From: an uncultured Bacilli bacterium
GTDB lineage: Bacteria > Bacillota_I > Bacilli_A > RF39 > UBA660
Assembly (NCBI GenBank): GCA_910587325.1
Contig: CAJUKB010000001.1
Span: 53,883-117,882, forward strand
Reading direction: 5' to 3'
Length of the DNA: 64,000 nucleotides
The stretch's first letter is position 1. Each line of letters starts with the position of its first letter. Of the stretch, positions 38,331-47,434 are shown in pieces. The notes under the pieces were generated by a model. The model made no database searches, was not told the origin of the DNA, and worked only from the letters and a program-made list of their open reading frames with translations. The position numbers and the translations under genes were made by a program.

Positions 38331-38405
38331 GCAAGACCTCTCAATGGAATATTTTGTTAAATATTCACTCCACTATTATAGCAAAAAGTGGAGTTCTAGT
38401 CAAAG

Positions 38406-39122
38406 GTGGTGGTAAGTATCAATGGAAATTGGATTAAGCTCTTTACTAAGTTTACAACTTGGGAATGGTATAAAGATCAGAATACGAAATCATTGTTTAT
38501 ACACTGCCTACTAAAAGCTAATTGGAAAGAAGCAAAGTTCATGGGAGAGATAATCCCTAGAGGTAGTTTTGTAACTTCTTTAGATTCACTAGCTAAAGAA
38601 CTAGGTTTGTCAGTCCAAGAGATTCGGACAGCACTAAAACACCTAATTTCAACAGGCGAATTAACAAGCAAAAGTACTAATAAATACCGCATAATTACTG
38701 TGGTAAATTACGAAATGTATCAGCAAGTTAACAAGCAACCTAACAGTCCATTAACAGGCAATCAACAAGCAACTAACAATCAACTAACAACAATAGAAGA
38801 ATATATAGAATATAAGACTAATACAGAATATAAGAATAATAGTGTGTGTAATAATACGCCCGAGGAAAACTTTTCTTGTCATTTAGGCTGTATCTATAAA
38901 ACTCTTGATTGTAAAAATTGCATGAAGAAATGGAAATGTCCTTTACCAGACGAGCCTACCTTTAAAGGACTCCATGGTAAGACATTTTACGAATATGTTG
39001 CGGAGATTGAACTTAGGAAGTTAGAAGTTGCTAGAGAACTAGAAGCTATGGAAGCTATGCGAGGCGACTCTCCTCCAGAACTTACCGATTATGATTGGCT
39101 TAACGATAAGGGGGACGAATAA
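38406..39122 (+). CDS. putative phage replication/DNA-binding protein (winged-helix-like N-terminal domain)
   Basis: 238 aa. N-terminal region WIKLFTKFTTWEWYKDQNTKSLFIHCLLKANW...SLDSLAKELGLSVQEIRTALKHLISTGEL resembles phage replisome-organizer-type proteins by memory. GTG start uncertain. Confidence 0.5.
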   Translation: MVVSINGNWIKLFTKFTTWEWYKDQNTKSLFIHCLLKANWKEAKFMGEIIPRGSFVTSLDSLAKELGLSVQEIRTALKHLISTGELTSKSTNKYRIITVVNYEMYQQVNKQPNSPLTGNQQATNNQLTTIEEYIEYKTNTEYKNNSVCNNTPEENFSCHLGCIYKTLDCKNCMKKWKCPLPDEPTFKGLHGKTFYEYVAEIELRKLEVARELEAMEAMRGDSPPELTDYDWLNDKGDE

Positions 39123-39769
39123 TGAATCGAGAACAATGGCTAGAGGAACGTAAAAAAGGTATTGGCGGCTCTGATGTTGCTTGTATCTTAGGTATGAGTC
39201 CTTATAAAACTAACGTGGCATTATGGGAAGAAAAAGTCGGTATAAAAGAACCAGAAGACATCTCCCAGAAAGAATACGTTAAAAACGGTACTGACAGCGA
39301 GGATCCGTTAAGAAAATTATTCGCTGTGGATTATAAGCAATATGAAGTTTTACACGAAGAAAACGAAATAATCCATAACAAAGAATACCCATTCATACAA
39401 GTTAGCCCAGATAGTAGGCTTGTAGAAAAGTCCACAGGACGTAAGGGATTCTTAGAAATCAAACGTTGTGAAATTATGAATCACAAAATGTATGAAAAGT
39501 GGAAAGACGGCAATATTCCACAAAACTACTATCTACAAACGTTACAGTACTTCTTAGCTGACGAAGATATGGACTTTGGTTATTTAAGAGCCTATCTTAT
39601 CAGACACTTAGCTGACGGTACTGTTATTCGAGAAGTCAGAGACTATGTAATTGCTAATAGTCGGACAGAAGTCCAAGACGATCTCGATTATTTAAAACCA
39701 AAAGAAATAGAGTTCTGGCAATACGTCGAAACAAAGACTAAGCCACCACTACTATTACCACAGATTTAG
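39122..39769 (+). CDS. YqaJ-type viral recombinase exonuclease
   Basis: ERKKGIGGSDVACILGMSPYKT N-terminus is typical of the YqaJ/lambda-Exo family. Positioned upstream of RecT. Confidence 0.8.
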   Translation: MNREQWLEERKKGIGGSDVACILGMSPYKTNVALWEEKVGIKEPEDISQKEYVKNGTDSEDPLRKLFAVDYKQYEVLHEENEIIHNKEYPFIQVSPDSRLVEKSTGRKGFLEIKRCEIMNHKMYEKWKDGNIPQNYYLQTLQYFLADEDMDFGYLRAYLIRHLADGTVIREVRDYVIANSRTEVQDDLDYLKPKEIEFWQYVETKTKPPLLLPQI

Positions 39770-39782
39770 AGGAGGAAATAAT

Positions 39783-40676
39783 ATGGAAAAAAATCTGGAA
39801 ACAGTAGAACAACCACAAGTTGTTAATAGTTTAAGACTTGTTATCAGTCCGTTACAAAAAATGGAAGCTATCAAGTTCAATTATGAAGAATTAAAAGGAG
39901 GACTTACAGCAAGTTTAGAGAAGTATCAGAACCTTGTCTATACACCAGAGAATATCAAAGAAGCTAAAGACGACCGTGCTACTCTTAATGCACTAAAGAA
40001 ATCCTTAAATGACGAAAAAATTAAAATCAAAAAGGAGTTTGAAGTTCCTTACAAGGACTTTGAAGAAAAAATCAAGGAACTTATGGAACTTGTAGATAAA
40101 CCTGCGAGTGAGATTGATAAACAGGTTAAAGCCTTTGAGGAACAAGAGAAAGCTAAAAAGCGTGAAATAATCAATACTATCTATTCTGAGAATATTGGTT
40201 CATACGCAGAACTTATCTCTTTAGAGAAATTATATGATCCACGTTGGGAAAATAAAACCTATAAAGAGACAGATATTAAAAAAGAGATTCAAGATGTTGT
40301 TAAAAAAGCTGATAGCGACATCAAAATTATTGAGGATCTAAAGTCTGAATTTGAGTTTCAAATTAAAGATACATACTTTAAGACTCTTGATTTAGGACAA
40401 GCTCTTGTCGAGAATCAAAGACTAGAAAAACAAAAAGAACTACTTGCTAAACCACAAACAACCGAAGTAAAAGTTGATCCAGTTAATAGTATTCATGACG
40501 ACGACGCTGTGGACGCTATGAAGTATGCGGTTGGTGTAGATACTTCTAACGAAGAATCTAAGCAAGAAGAACAAGAAATGTGTTCCGTAGTATTTAGAGT
40601 AAATTGTACTCCAGAACAATTAAAAGCTCTGGGAGAATATATGAGAGCTAACGGAATTGAATATGGGAGGGCTTAG
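39783..40676 (+). CDS. phage protein, DUF1351-like by position (between Exo and RecT)
   Basis: 297 aa, coiled-coil rich. The assignment is positional and from memory of similar modules. Confidence 0.45.
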   Translation: MEKNLETVEQPQVVNSLRLVISPLQKMEAIKFNYEELKGGLTASLEKYQNLVYTPENIKEAKDDRATLNALKKSLNDEKIKIKKEFEVPYKDFEEKIKELMELVDKPASEIDKQVKAFEEQEKAKKREIINTIYSENIGSYAELISLEKLYDPRWENKTYKETDIKKEIQDVVKKADSDIKIIEDLKSEFEFQIKDTYFKTLDLGQALVENQRLEKQKELLAKPQTTEVKVDPVNSIHDDDAVDAMKYAVGVDTSNEESKQEEQEMCSVVFRVNCTPEQLKALGEYMRANGIEYGRA

Positions 40677-40678
40677 TT

Positions 40679-41575
40679 ATGGCAGTAAGTAATAAACTAG
40701 CCCCTGTTGCTCCTACTAAACCAGCAGCTCCAAAACAGACCTTTACTGACTACATTACACAGGAAAAAATTAAAACTAAAATCAAAGACATGGTTGGGGG
40801 TAAAAACAGTCAGAGATTTATAACAGCTATTGTAAGTGCTGTATCTAGTAATGGAGATCTAGCAACTTGTACTTTCGGGACTATAATTGCTGGAGCCCTA
40901 CTTGGAGAAAGTTTACAGCTCTCTCCCTCTCCACAACTAGGACATTACTACTTAGTTCCGTATAACATCAAAAAGAAAGACGCTAACGGGAATGAGTATT
41001 GGGAAAAAGTTGCTCAGTTCCAACTAGGTTATAAAGGCTATATTCAATTAGCTGTTAGAAGTAATTTCTATCGTGATATAGACGTTTTAGAGATTAAAGA
41101 GGGAGAATACCTTGGACGAGACCAAAATACTGGGAAACACTGTTTTAAGTTTATTAGCGATTGTGAAGAACGCAAAAATAAAAGTACGATTGGTTATTTG
41201 GCATACTTTGAATATCTAAACGGATTTACTAAACATATCTACTGGACTAAAAAAGATATGGAAGATCATGCAATAACTTATTCTAAGGCTTATAGAGGCG
41301 ATAAGGAAAAAGGTACATCTTACTCTTTCTGGACTACCAAGTTTGACGATATGGCATTTAAGACCATGATAAGACAGTTAATATCTCGTTGGGGAATTAT
41401 GTCTATCGAATTACAAACAGCTATTGAACGTGATATGGCAGTTATTGAGGAGAACGAAAGCTACGAATATGTAGATAACGACGAACCAGTAATTCCTATC
41501 GCTCCAGCTGTCGAAAAACCAGTACAAGAAAAAGATCCAGCTGACAACGCTGTGGATCAATTCTTTAACCAATAG
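40679..41575 (+). CDS. recT: RecT-family single-strand annealing recombinase
   Basis: QFQLGYKGYIQLAVRS and surrounding blocks are typical of RecT. Adjacent to Exo and SSB. Confidence 0.8.
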   Translation: MAVSNKLAPVAPTKPAAPKQTFTDYITQEKIKTKIKDMVGGKNSQRFITAIVSAVSSNGDLATCTFGTIIAGALLGESLQLSPSPQLGHYYLVPYNIKKKDANGNEYWEKVAQFQLGYKGYIQLAVRSNFYRDIDVLEIKEGEYLGRDQNTGKHCFKFISDCEERKNKSTIGYLAYFEYLNGFTKHIYWTKKDMEDHAITYSKAYRGDKEKGTSYSFWTTKFDDMAFKTMIRQLISRWGIMSIELQTAIERDMAVIEENESYEYVDNDEPVIPIAPAVEKPVQEKDPADNAVDQFFNQ

Positions 41576-41586
41576 GAGGAAATATT

Positions 41587-42039
41587 ATGAATCGAGTTGA
41601 ATTAGTTGGACGTTTAACTAGGGATCCTGTTTTAAGGTACACCCCTAGTAATCGACCAGTTGCACAATTTACCCTAGCAGTAAATAGACGCTACGCAAAA
41701 GAAACAGACGAAATAAAAGCTGACTTCTTTACTATCATAGCATGGGGAAAACAAGGAGAAAATTGTAAAACCTATCTATTTCAAGGAAGCCAAGCTGGAG
41801 TTACAGGAGAATTAAGGAATCGAAGTTATACAGATAGAGACGGTAATACACGATATATTACAGAAATTTTGGCAGATAACGTCGAGTTCTTGTCTTCTAA
41901 AAAGCCAGAAAACACTACTCCAAGTAACGAATCTATACCATCACAAGTGGAAGAACCTACACCTTACTCTTTCCAAGGAGAACAAAGTTCGCTATATGAC
42001 GAAGAATATACACTTAGCGACGACGATTTACCGTTCTAA
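41587..42039 (+). CDS. ssb: phage single-stranded DNA-binding protein
   Basis: MNRVELVGRLTRDPVLRYT OB-fold N-terminus and canonical acidic tip DDDLPF. Confidence 0.9.
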   Translation: MNRVELVGRLTRDPVLRYTPSNRPVAQFTLAVNRRYAKETDEIKADFFTIIAWGKQGENCKTYLFQGSQAGVTGELRNRSYTDRDGNTRYITEILADNVEFLSSKKPENTTPSNESIPSQVEEPTPYSFQGEQSSLYDEEYTLSDDDLPF

Positions 42040-42383
42040 TGGTTAAGAGCGATTTTGAAAATTACGCAGAGATAAAAGAAGACTGCGAGTTATACAGAGA
42101 TTTAGCTAGAAGATATTTAGCTTTAGACTTAGCAGATCCTAACTTATGTTTTGATGTTAAGAAAGAAGCATGGGCTCTGGCACAACGTTGGAGCGATATA
42201 GCTAGTATGGCTAGTAAAATAGCACGACTACACGACGCTTCTAAGACAGATTTTAGAGATTGGGCTTATCAGAGATATAGACAGCTCCAATATATGCACG
42301 AAGACGCTCGTATGATGTGGAATCGAGCTGAGGAAGAATTGAAGTTTATTACTCGATTCGAGAAGTACGGAGTTGTAAGTTGA
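42039..42383 (+). CDS. hypothetical phage protein
   Basis: 114-aa ORF, start overlapping the ssb stop. Confidence 0.55.
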   Translation: MVKSDFENYAEIKEDCELYRDLARRYLALDLADPNLCFDVKKEAWALAQRWSDIASMASKIARLHDASKTDFRDWAYQRYRQLQYMHEDARMMWNRAEEELKFITRFEKYGVVS

Positions 42384-42736
42384 TTCATACTAGAAAATTA
42401 AAGTCTAAACGAGCTAAAGCTACTGATATAACTAAACAAGTAAAACTCGAAGTATGGGAACGCGATAAGGGGCGTTGCGTATATTGTGGAAACACTTACA
42501 ACGTAATGCCTAACGCTCACGTTGTACCTCGAAGTAAAGGCGGTATGGGAATAGTTACTAATGTAGTTACATTATGCACGAATCTTACAGACAATAAGTG
42601 CCACCACTACTACGATAACGGAACTAAAGAACAACGAGAAAAAATTGACGCCAAAATCGTTGCGTATATGAAACGGCACTATGGCGAGGACTGGTGCAAA
42701 GAAGATCAGATTTATAAAAAATATGGAGGTAAATAA
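42380..42736 (+). CDS. HNH endonuclease
   Basis: CVYCG...NAHVVPRSKGG...NVVTLC...KCHH pattern. TTG start. Confidence 0.75.
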   Translation: MIHTRKLKSKRAKATDITKQVKLEVWERDKGRCVYCGNTYNVMPNAHVVPRSKGGMGIVTNVVTLCTNLTDNKCHHYYDNGTKEQREKIDAKIVAYMKRHYGEDWCKEDQIYKKYGGK

Positions 42737-42737
42737 T

Positions 42738-43115
42738 ATGGAAAAAGTACACTATCTAAGTGTTGAGATAAGATCCAACGGAGAAAATGAGATATACTCA
42801 TGGGATTATGACTTAATGTTAAAAACAGACAATTATCTTTGTATCAAAAAAGACGAAAATCTAAGACTTTTAAAGAGAGAAAAAGATAAAAACGATATTG
42901 AAAGTTGTATCGAAGATATATGCGTATGGTTTCAAGATTGGAAGTTTGTTGATTATAAAGCAGTTCATTGTAGCCTTTATACAACTGAGGATCCGATTAT
43001 AGCACTCGGAAAAATGAAAAAGAAAATAGTCAGATTTATTAAAAAAGAATATTCTTGGCTATTCGAGGGGGATTTAGAAAAACGTTTGGAATCCATAAGG
43101 ATTGATAAAGAATGA
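42738..43115 (+). CDS. hypothetical phage protein
   Basis: ORF 42681..43115. ATG 42738 after GGAGGT. Confidence 0.55.
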   Translation: MEKVHYLSVEIRSNGENEIYSWDYDLMLKTDNYLCIKKDENLRLLKREKDKNDIESCIEDICVWFQDWKFVDYKAVHCSLYTTEDPIIALGKMKKKIVRFIKKEYSWLFEGDLEKRLESIRIDKE

Positions 43116-43414
43116 ATCCAGAATCAATAGACAGAATGACTGAGGCTTTTAGGAAGTTCGGAGAAGCTATGGGAGATGTTGCTCGATCAATCGTCGAAGT
43201 GTTTGGCGAGGTATTTAATAACGCATGGTTACAGATAAAAGAGATAACTAAAGGCTTAGATAAAAATATATCAAGAAAGCGATTCGTTAAACTCTTAATG
43301 AGTCAAGGAATCCAAAGAAACGAAGCTAATAAAATAGCGTGGAAAGTACACGCTGAAAAAGGAAAATATACTTTACTAGATTATGCACTAACGATTAAAA
43401 ATAAGGAGGAATAA
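43112..43414 (+). CDS. hypothetical phage protein
   Basis: 100-aa ORF, ATGA-type overlap with the upstream gene. Confidence 0.55.
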   Translation: MNPESIDRMTEAFRKFGEAMGDVARSIVEVFGEVFNNAWLQIKEITKGLDKNISRKRFVKLLMSQGIQRNEANKIAWKVHAEKGKYTLLDYALTIKNKEE

Positions 43415-43416
43415 TT

Positions 43417-43635
43417 ATGTTAGAAGAAATAGTTAAAGAACAAAGGGAGTTACAGGTTGATTCAATAGGACGTTTATTGGAATTGGGAGGATTTTTAACC
43501 AATGCTAAACCCGAACCAGTCGAAAGAGTTGAGGAAAGCTGTTTTATCGATATAGCAAAAAATAGCTTAGAACAATCAAGATTGATTCACGATTTAATAA
43601 TTAACATATCAGAAGTGATTAAAGGAGGAAGATAA
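43417..43635 (+). CDS. hypothetical phage protein
   Basis: 72-aa ORF with AAGGAGG RBS. Confidence 0.55.
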   Translation: MLEEIVKEQRELQVDSIGRLLELGGFLTNAKPEPVERVEESCFIDIAKNSLEQSRLIHDLIINISEVIKGGR

Positions 43636-43636
43636 T

Positions 43637-43816
43637 ATGTCCTCTATTGCTAGAAAAATAAAAAGGAATCAAGAACGAGACACTATGCTAAAACAATATG
43701 GTAAGAAGCCTAAGAAAAAGTGTCCTAACTGTGGAAAACTTACTCTATTCTGTTATAAGAATAAGCATGGTAAAGAAATTATCTGCGTTCAATGTGGGGA
43801 GGTAGTTAACAAATGA
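43637..43816 (+). CDS. small zinc-ribbon protein (59 aa, below ORF-track cutoff)
   Basis: My translation: MSSIARKIKRNQERDTMLKQYGKKPKKKCPNCGKLTLFCYKNKHGKEIICVQCGEVVNK. Two CxxC pairs. AGGAGG RBS. The stop overlaps the next ATG. Confidence 0.55.
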   Translation: MSSIARKIKRNQERDTMLKQYGKKPKKKCPNCGKLTLFCYKNKHGKEIICVQCGEVVNK

Positions 43817-44088
43817 AATGGTTAAGTAACTTCCGAGAAAATATGCAGCTTAGAAAAGAGCGTAATACATTCGAGAATAAGTATCATACAGTACAAGATA
43901 AATACGTCGCTCTACTCGAGAGTAAGGTAGATCAGACAGAAGAATTACAAAAGTATAAGGATCTGTGCATAGAACAAAAGAAACAGATCCGTGAACAGAA
44001 AAGTACTATTGCTGACTTAGAATTGAAAGTCGAAAAATTAGAATCAAAAGGAGGAAAACAAAATGGAAAGACTAAAGAAAATATTTAA
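43813..44088 (+). CDS. hypothetical coiled-coil phage protein
   Basis: 91-aa ORF. Confidence 0.5.
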   Translation: MKWLSNFRENMQLRKERNTFENKYHTVQDKYVALLESKVDQTEELQKYKDLCIEQKKQIREQKSTIADLELKVEKLESKGGKQNGKTKENI

Positions 44089-44359
44089 TCCTATCATAAT
44101 TGTTATACAAAGTGAGTTATTTAAGTTTTTCCTTATTGCCGCCTCTTTGATAGTTGCTATTATTGCTGTTAGCTGGGGAGCTCTTATGACAGTTCTAACA
44201 GAAGATCTAAAAAATGTAGTTATAACTAAAGACCAAAAAATCGCCAATTTTAAAAGCAGTAACGAATACTTAAATAGTGAAAACGTTAGGCTAAGAATTA
44301 TTAACGACGATTTATACAGAATCATAGAGGACAACCAAGATTGTGCCTGTCAAGACTGA
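44063..44359 (+). CDS. hypothetical phage protein with one TM helix
   Basis: 98-aa ORF. FLIAASLIVAIIAVSWGALMTVL. Confidence 0.5.
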   Translation: MERLKKIFNPIIIVIQSELFKFFLIAASLIVAIIAVSWGALMTVLTEDLKNVVITKDQKIANFKSSNEYLNSENVRLRIINDDLYRIIEDNQDCACQD

Positions 44360-44927
44360 AAAACAACTTAATATTTTTGGCGATTCAATAGATGTTAAAA
44401 AGATTTATGAAGAAGATAAGAAAACTAATAAAGATCATGTTGCTACTCCACGTTGGGTAGTAGAAAACATATACGACATTATTGATATAAAAAAATATAA
44501 GAATATATGGTTCCCTTTTAACAATTATGATTCACACTTTAAGCTAAAAGCTGACGAATTGAATCTTAAATATAAAGCTACTCATATATTCGACGATTTA
44601 GGGAATGACTTTTTCACTACATTACCACCTAAAGACTGCGATTTACTTATTAGCAATCCACCATTTAGCCAACAGAACGATATTATAAAAAGAACGTTTG
44701 AATTGGTCGATATGAGACTGATTAAGTCATTCTGTTTACTTCTCCCTCTTTCCACTTTAGAAACTCCAGCACGGGCTGAAATGTGGGAAAAGTATGTTGA
44801 TAAATTATCTGTTCTTATCTTTAAAAAAAGAATCCAGTTTCTTGGTTGTACTACCGGATTTAATAAGGCTTGTTGTTGGGTATGTTACAACATAGATTCA
44901 CTAAAGGAGAAGTTGGTATGGATTTAA
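44343..44927 (+). CDS. small putative DNA N6-adenine (or N4-cytosine) methyltransferase, no cognate nuclease seen
   Basis: LLISNPPFS (NPPF motif IV), preceded by ATPRWVVENIYDII. 194 aa. GTG start. Confidence 0.5.
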   Translation: MPVKTEKQLNIFGDSIDVKKIYEEDKKTNKDHVATPRWVVENIYDIIDIKKYKNIWFPFNNYDSHFKLKADELNLKYKATHIFDDLGNDFFTTLPPKDCDLLISNPPFSQQNDIIKRTFELVDMRLIKSFCLLLPLSTLETPARAEMWEKYVDKLSVLIFKKRIQFLGCTTGFNKACCWVCYNIDSLKEKLVWI

Positions 44928-45109
44928 AGAAAAAAGAGTATGCCCTTTATAAAGGCGAAAAATTAGTTATGATTGGTACTTTAGACGAGATTGCTAAAGC
45001 ACAAGGCGTTAAAAGAAGAACGATATTGTTTTATCAAAGCCCAGCATATCTAAAAAGACACGAAAAATCTCATATAGGAAATTATAAAGTTTTAGTTAAA
45101 TTAGATTAG
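44918..45109 (+). CDS. hypothetical small phage protein
   Basis: ORF 44870..45109. ATG 44918 after AAGGAG. Confidence 0.5.
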   Translation: MDLKKKEYALYKGEKLVMIGTLDEIAKAQGVKRRTILFYQSPAYLKRHEKSHIGNYKVLVKLD

Positions 45110-45124
45110 ATTAGAGGAGGAAAT

Positions 45125-45433
45125 ATGAAACCAAGGAATTTTCAAGAAATAGCAGATAAGATAATTAAGATTATAGAAGAAGAATGTACTTTCAATGAGG
45201 AAAGAATTGCTAACATCATAGAACAGATAGAAAATGCCAAAAAAAGTAATTGTTATAAAGCTCCAGAGCTTCAATACGAAAGCTGGGACGAATTATCTAG
45301 TATATTATCCAAAAACTTTGTTCCTAGTAATTCTAAGTGGGAAACAAAGTTAATGATTGTATTCAATAATTTAAAAGGATCCATTGAAGACTATTGGGAC
45401 GACGATAACAACGAGTTAAGGAGGTGCGAATAA
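45125..45433 (+). CDS. hypothetical phage protein
   Basis: 102-aa ORF with GAGGAGG RBS. Confidence 0.55.
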   Translation: MKPRNFQEIADKIIKIIEEECTFNEERIANIIEQIENAKKSNCYKAPELQYESWDELSSILSKNFVPSNSKWETKLMIVFNNLKGSIEDYWDDDNNELRRCE

Positions 45434-45684
45434 TGGAGTTAATAAGAAAAGAAGATCATAAGTTAATGATGTCAAATTATGTGGGGACTGGTACTGAGAA
45501 AGCAGAATCTGGAGAAGATCTTACTTATGAGTTTAGAACTACTATACACTACGCTCCTATAATTGAGTTTCCAAACGGAGATATTGTTGTTATGAATTGG
45601 GAAGATATTGTAAAAATAGCTAAAGATTATAAAGCAAAATGCGATAAGGAGATATCAGACAATGAATCAATACAAGATAAATAA
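45433..45684 (+). CDS. hypothetical phage protein
   Basis: ORF 45424..45684. ATG 45433 after AAGGAGG. Confidence 0.5.
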   Translation: MELIRKEDHKLMMSNYVGTGTEKAESGEDLTYEFRTTIHYAPIIEFPNGDIVVMNWEDIVKIAKDYKAKCDKEISDNESIQDK

Positions 45685-46027
45685 TTATAACGAGGTTATA
45701 AATGATATGGGAACTTATAGAGTAATAGCTGGTAATTTAAAACGAGGTTTTAGTACTTTTATTGGTTGGACTGATAGTGATTCTACTCACTATGACATAT
45801 TGTTTACTTATGGTTGTACTGGCGAGGGTTGCTACCAACGAGGGCTAAGAATTACAGATCTATTCGTAAGCATTATGAGTATAGGAAGTTTTGGTTTTAA
45901 GGCAGATAGTCCTAAAGATGTCGCTTATATAGCTGAAAAATTATTCAATGATCGTATAGACGATAGTGTTGAGAGAGTTACACAACTTATAAATGGAATC
46001 ATATACGCATTACAGGAACAAGAATGA
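45662..46027 (+). CDS. hypothetical phage protein
   Basis: 121-aa ORF. Confidence 0.5.
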   Translation: MNQYKINNYNEVINDMGTYRVIAGNLKRGFSTFIGWTDSDSTHYDILFTYGCTGEGCYQRGLRITDLFVSIMSIGSFGFKADSPKDVAYIAEKLFNDRIDDSVERVTQLINGIIYALQEQE

Positions 46028-46239
46028 AATATCAATATTTTATAAGTTTTGTAGCTGTTAAAAAAAATGGTTATGAGTTTGGAAATATAGACATCACTTT
46101 TCCTTGTAATATTGAAAACATTACAGAAATAAGGTGGGCTGAACTAAGGATCAAAGAAAAAATAAAAGTAAACCAAGTTATTATTTTAAACTATCAGTTA
46201 TTAAGAAAATGGGAGGTGTCAGATAATGTGGTTATTTAA
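46024..46239 (+). CDS. hypothetical phage protein
   Basis: 71-aa ORF, ATGA overlap with the upstream gene. Confidence 0.5.
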   Translation: MKYQYFISFVAVKKNGYEFGNIDITFPCNIENITEIRWAELRIKEKIKVNQVIILNYQLLRKWEVSDNVVI

Positions 46240-46387
46240 AGCTATTGGAATACTTGTACTACTTATTATCGCCTTTCTACTGTTTGCGTTCTTATTATGC
46301 GTTATAAAGTCAATTTATATATGCCATTTTTCAAGAAAGAAATATCGTAGGAGGATTAAAAATGATAGATACAAGGGACTTAGATAG
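46226..46387 (+). CDS. possible 53-aa single-pass membrane peptide (below ORF-track cutoff)
   Basis: My translation: MWLFKAIGILVLLIIAFLLFAFLLCVIKSIYICHFSRKKYRRRIKNDRYKGLR. GGGAGG RBS at 46211-46216. Confidence 0.35.
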   Translation: MWLFKAIGILVLLIIAFLLFAFLLCVIKSIYICHFSRKKYRRRIKNDRYKGLR

Positions 46388-46697
46388 TTATTACCCGGGG
46401 TATGACGAATATTGCGAACCACGGGAAGTTCGGGGGGACGAGGATTTTGATATAGACGCCATTATTGACGAGAGGAGACTTCAAGAAATGGAAGCAGAAG
46501 AAAAAAAAGAGAACGAATTATTTAAAGTAATATATTCGCAAGGTACAGTTAGTGGTAAGTTCGATATTATATCGTATCATACTCCACTACTAGAGTATAT
46601 ATACAAAAACGATAAGTCCACATATTTAGCAATAAAAAATACTGTTATACAAAGTTTTGAAAATATAGAGAAAATGATAAAGGAGGAATCAAAATGA
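46362..46697 (+). CDS. hypothetical acidic phage protein
   Basis: 111-aa ORF with AGGAGG RBS. Confidence 0.55.
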   Translation: MIDTRDLDSYYPGYDEYCEPREVRGDEDFDIDAIIDERRLQEMEAEEKKENELFKVIYSQGTVSGKFDIISYHTPLLEYIYKNDKSTYLAIKNTVIQSFENIEKMIKEESK

Positions 46698-46957
46698 GTA
46701 AAAATGAAACCAAAGAACCAAAGATATTCGATTTAATGGTGGTATGTGCAGAAATAGTACCACAAGGAAATGGAACAGCAAAGGTACGATTCGGATCTCA
46801 AATGAACGAAGAAGTACTTATAAGAATGTGTAAAGAAGATAACGACTCATGGGAATTAGTAAAGAAAGTTATATTCGACTCACTAGATAAAATCGAGACA
46901 GCTTGTGGTTATAGATTGAATGACGACGGTACAGAAGTTGTAAGACCAGAAGAATAA
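46694..46957 (+). CDS. hypothetical phage protein
   Basis: 87-aa ORF, ATGA overlap. Confidence 0.55.
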   Translation: MSKNETKEPKIFDLMVVCAEIVPQGNGTAKVRFGSQMNEEVLIRMCKEDNDSWELVKKVIFDSLDKIETACGYRLNDDGTEVVRPEE

Positions 46958-46966
46958 GGAGGTACT

Positions 46967-47434
46967 ATGGATAACTATTATAGACAAATAGCTGATCTAC
47001 AATGTGCAGTAGAACGTCTAAGAACCTTACAGGAAAAACAAGGAACCATATTCGATAAATACTTCCCTGTTACTGTAAGATATAAGCCTAGTTCTTCTAC
47101 TACTGGTAGTGTCGGCAAAGATAAAATGGTTTCTTACTTGGAGGAATTAGAAGAAACTGGAATCGCTAAAGAACTGGAAGAAGCTATCAAGAACGTTAAT
47201 ACAATCCAGAATCGTCTAAGACGTATGGAGGTTATACTCCAAGGGGTTGAGGACATATCTGGTAACGATAGTTTAGAATATAAGGTAATAAGTTTAAAGT
47301 ATTTTGAGGAAAGAACTTATACATTACAACAGATAGCTGACAGACTCCACTATTCGATAGATAGAATCAAACAAGTAAGTGCTGATATTGAAAGAAAAAT
47401 AAAAGAAAACTATTACACCAAAATTACACAGTAA
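46967..47434 (+). CDS. putative late-gene transcriptional activator (sigma-70 region-4-like HTH; ArpU/RinA-type by position)
   Basis: C-terminal YKVISLKYFEERTYTLQQIADRLHYSIDRIKQVSADIERKI resembles a sigma region 4 HTH. Last gene before the packaging module. Confidence 0.5.
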   Translation: MDNYYRQIADLQCAVERLRTLQEKQGTIFDKYFPVTVRYKPSSSTTGSVGKDKMVSYLEELEETGIAKELEEAIKNVNTIQNRLRRMEVILQGVEDISGNDSLEYKVISLKYFEERTYTLQQIADRLHYSIDRIKQVSADIERKIKENYYTKITQ

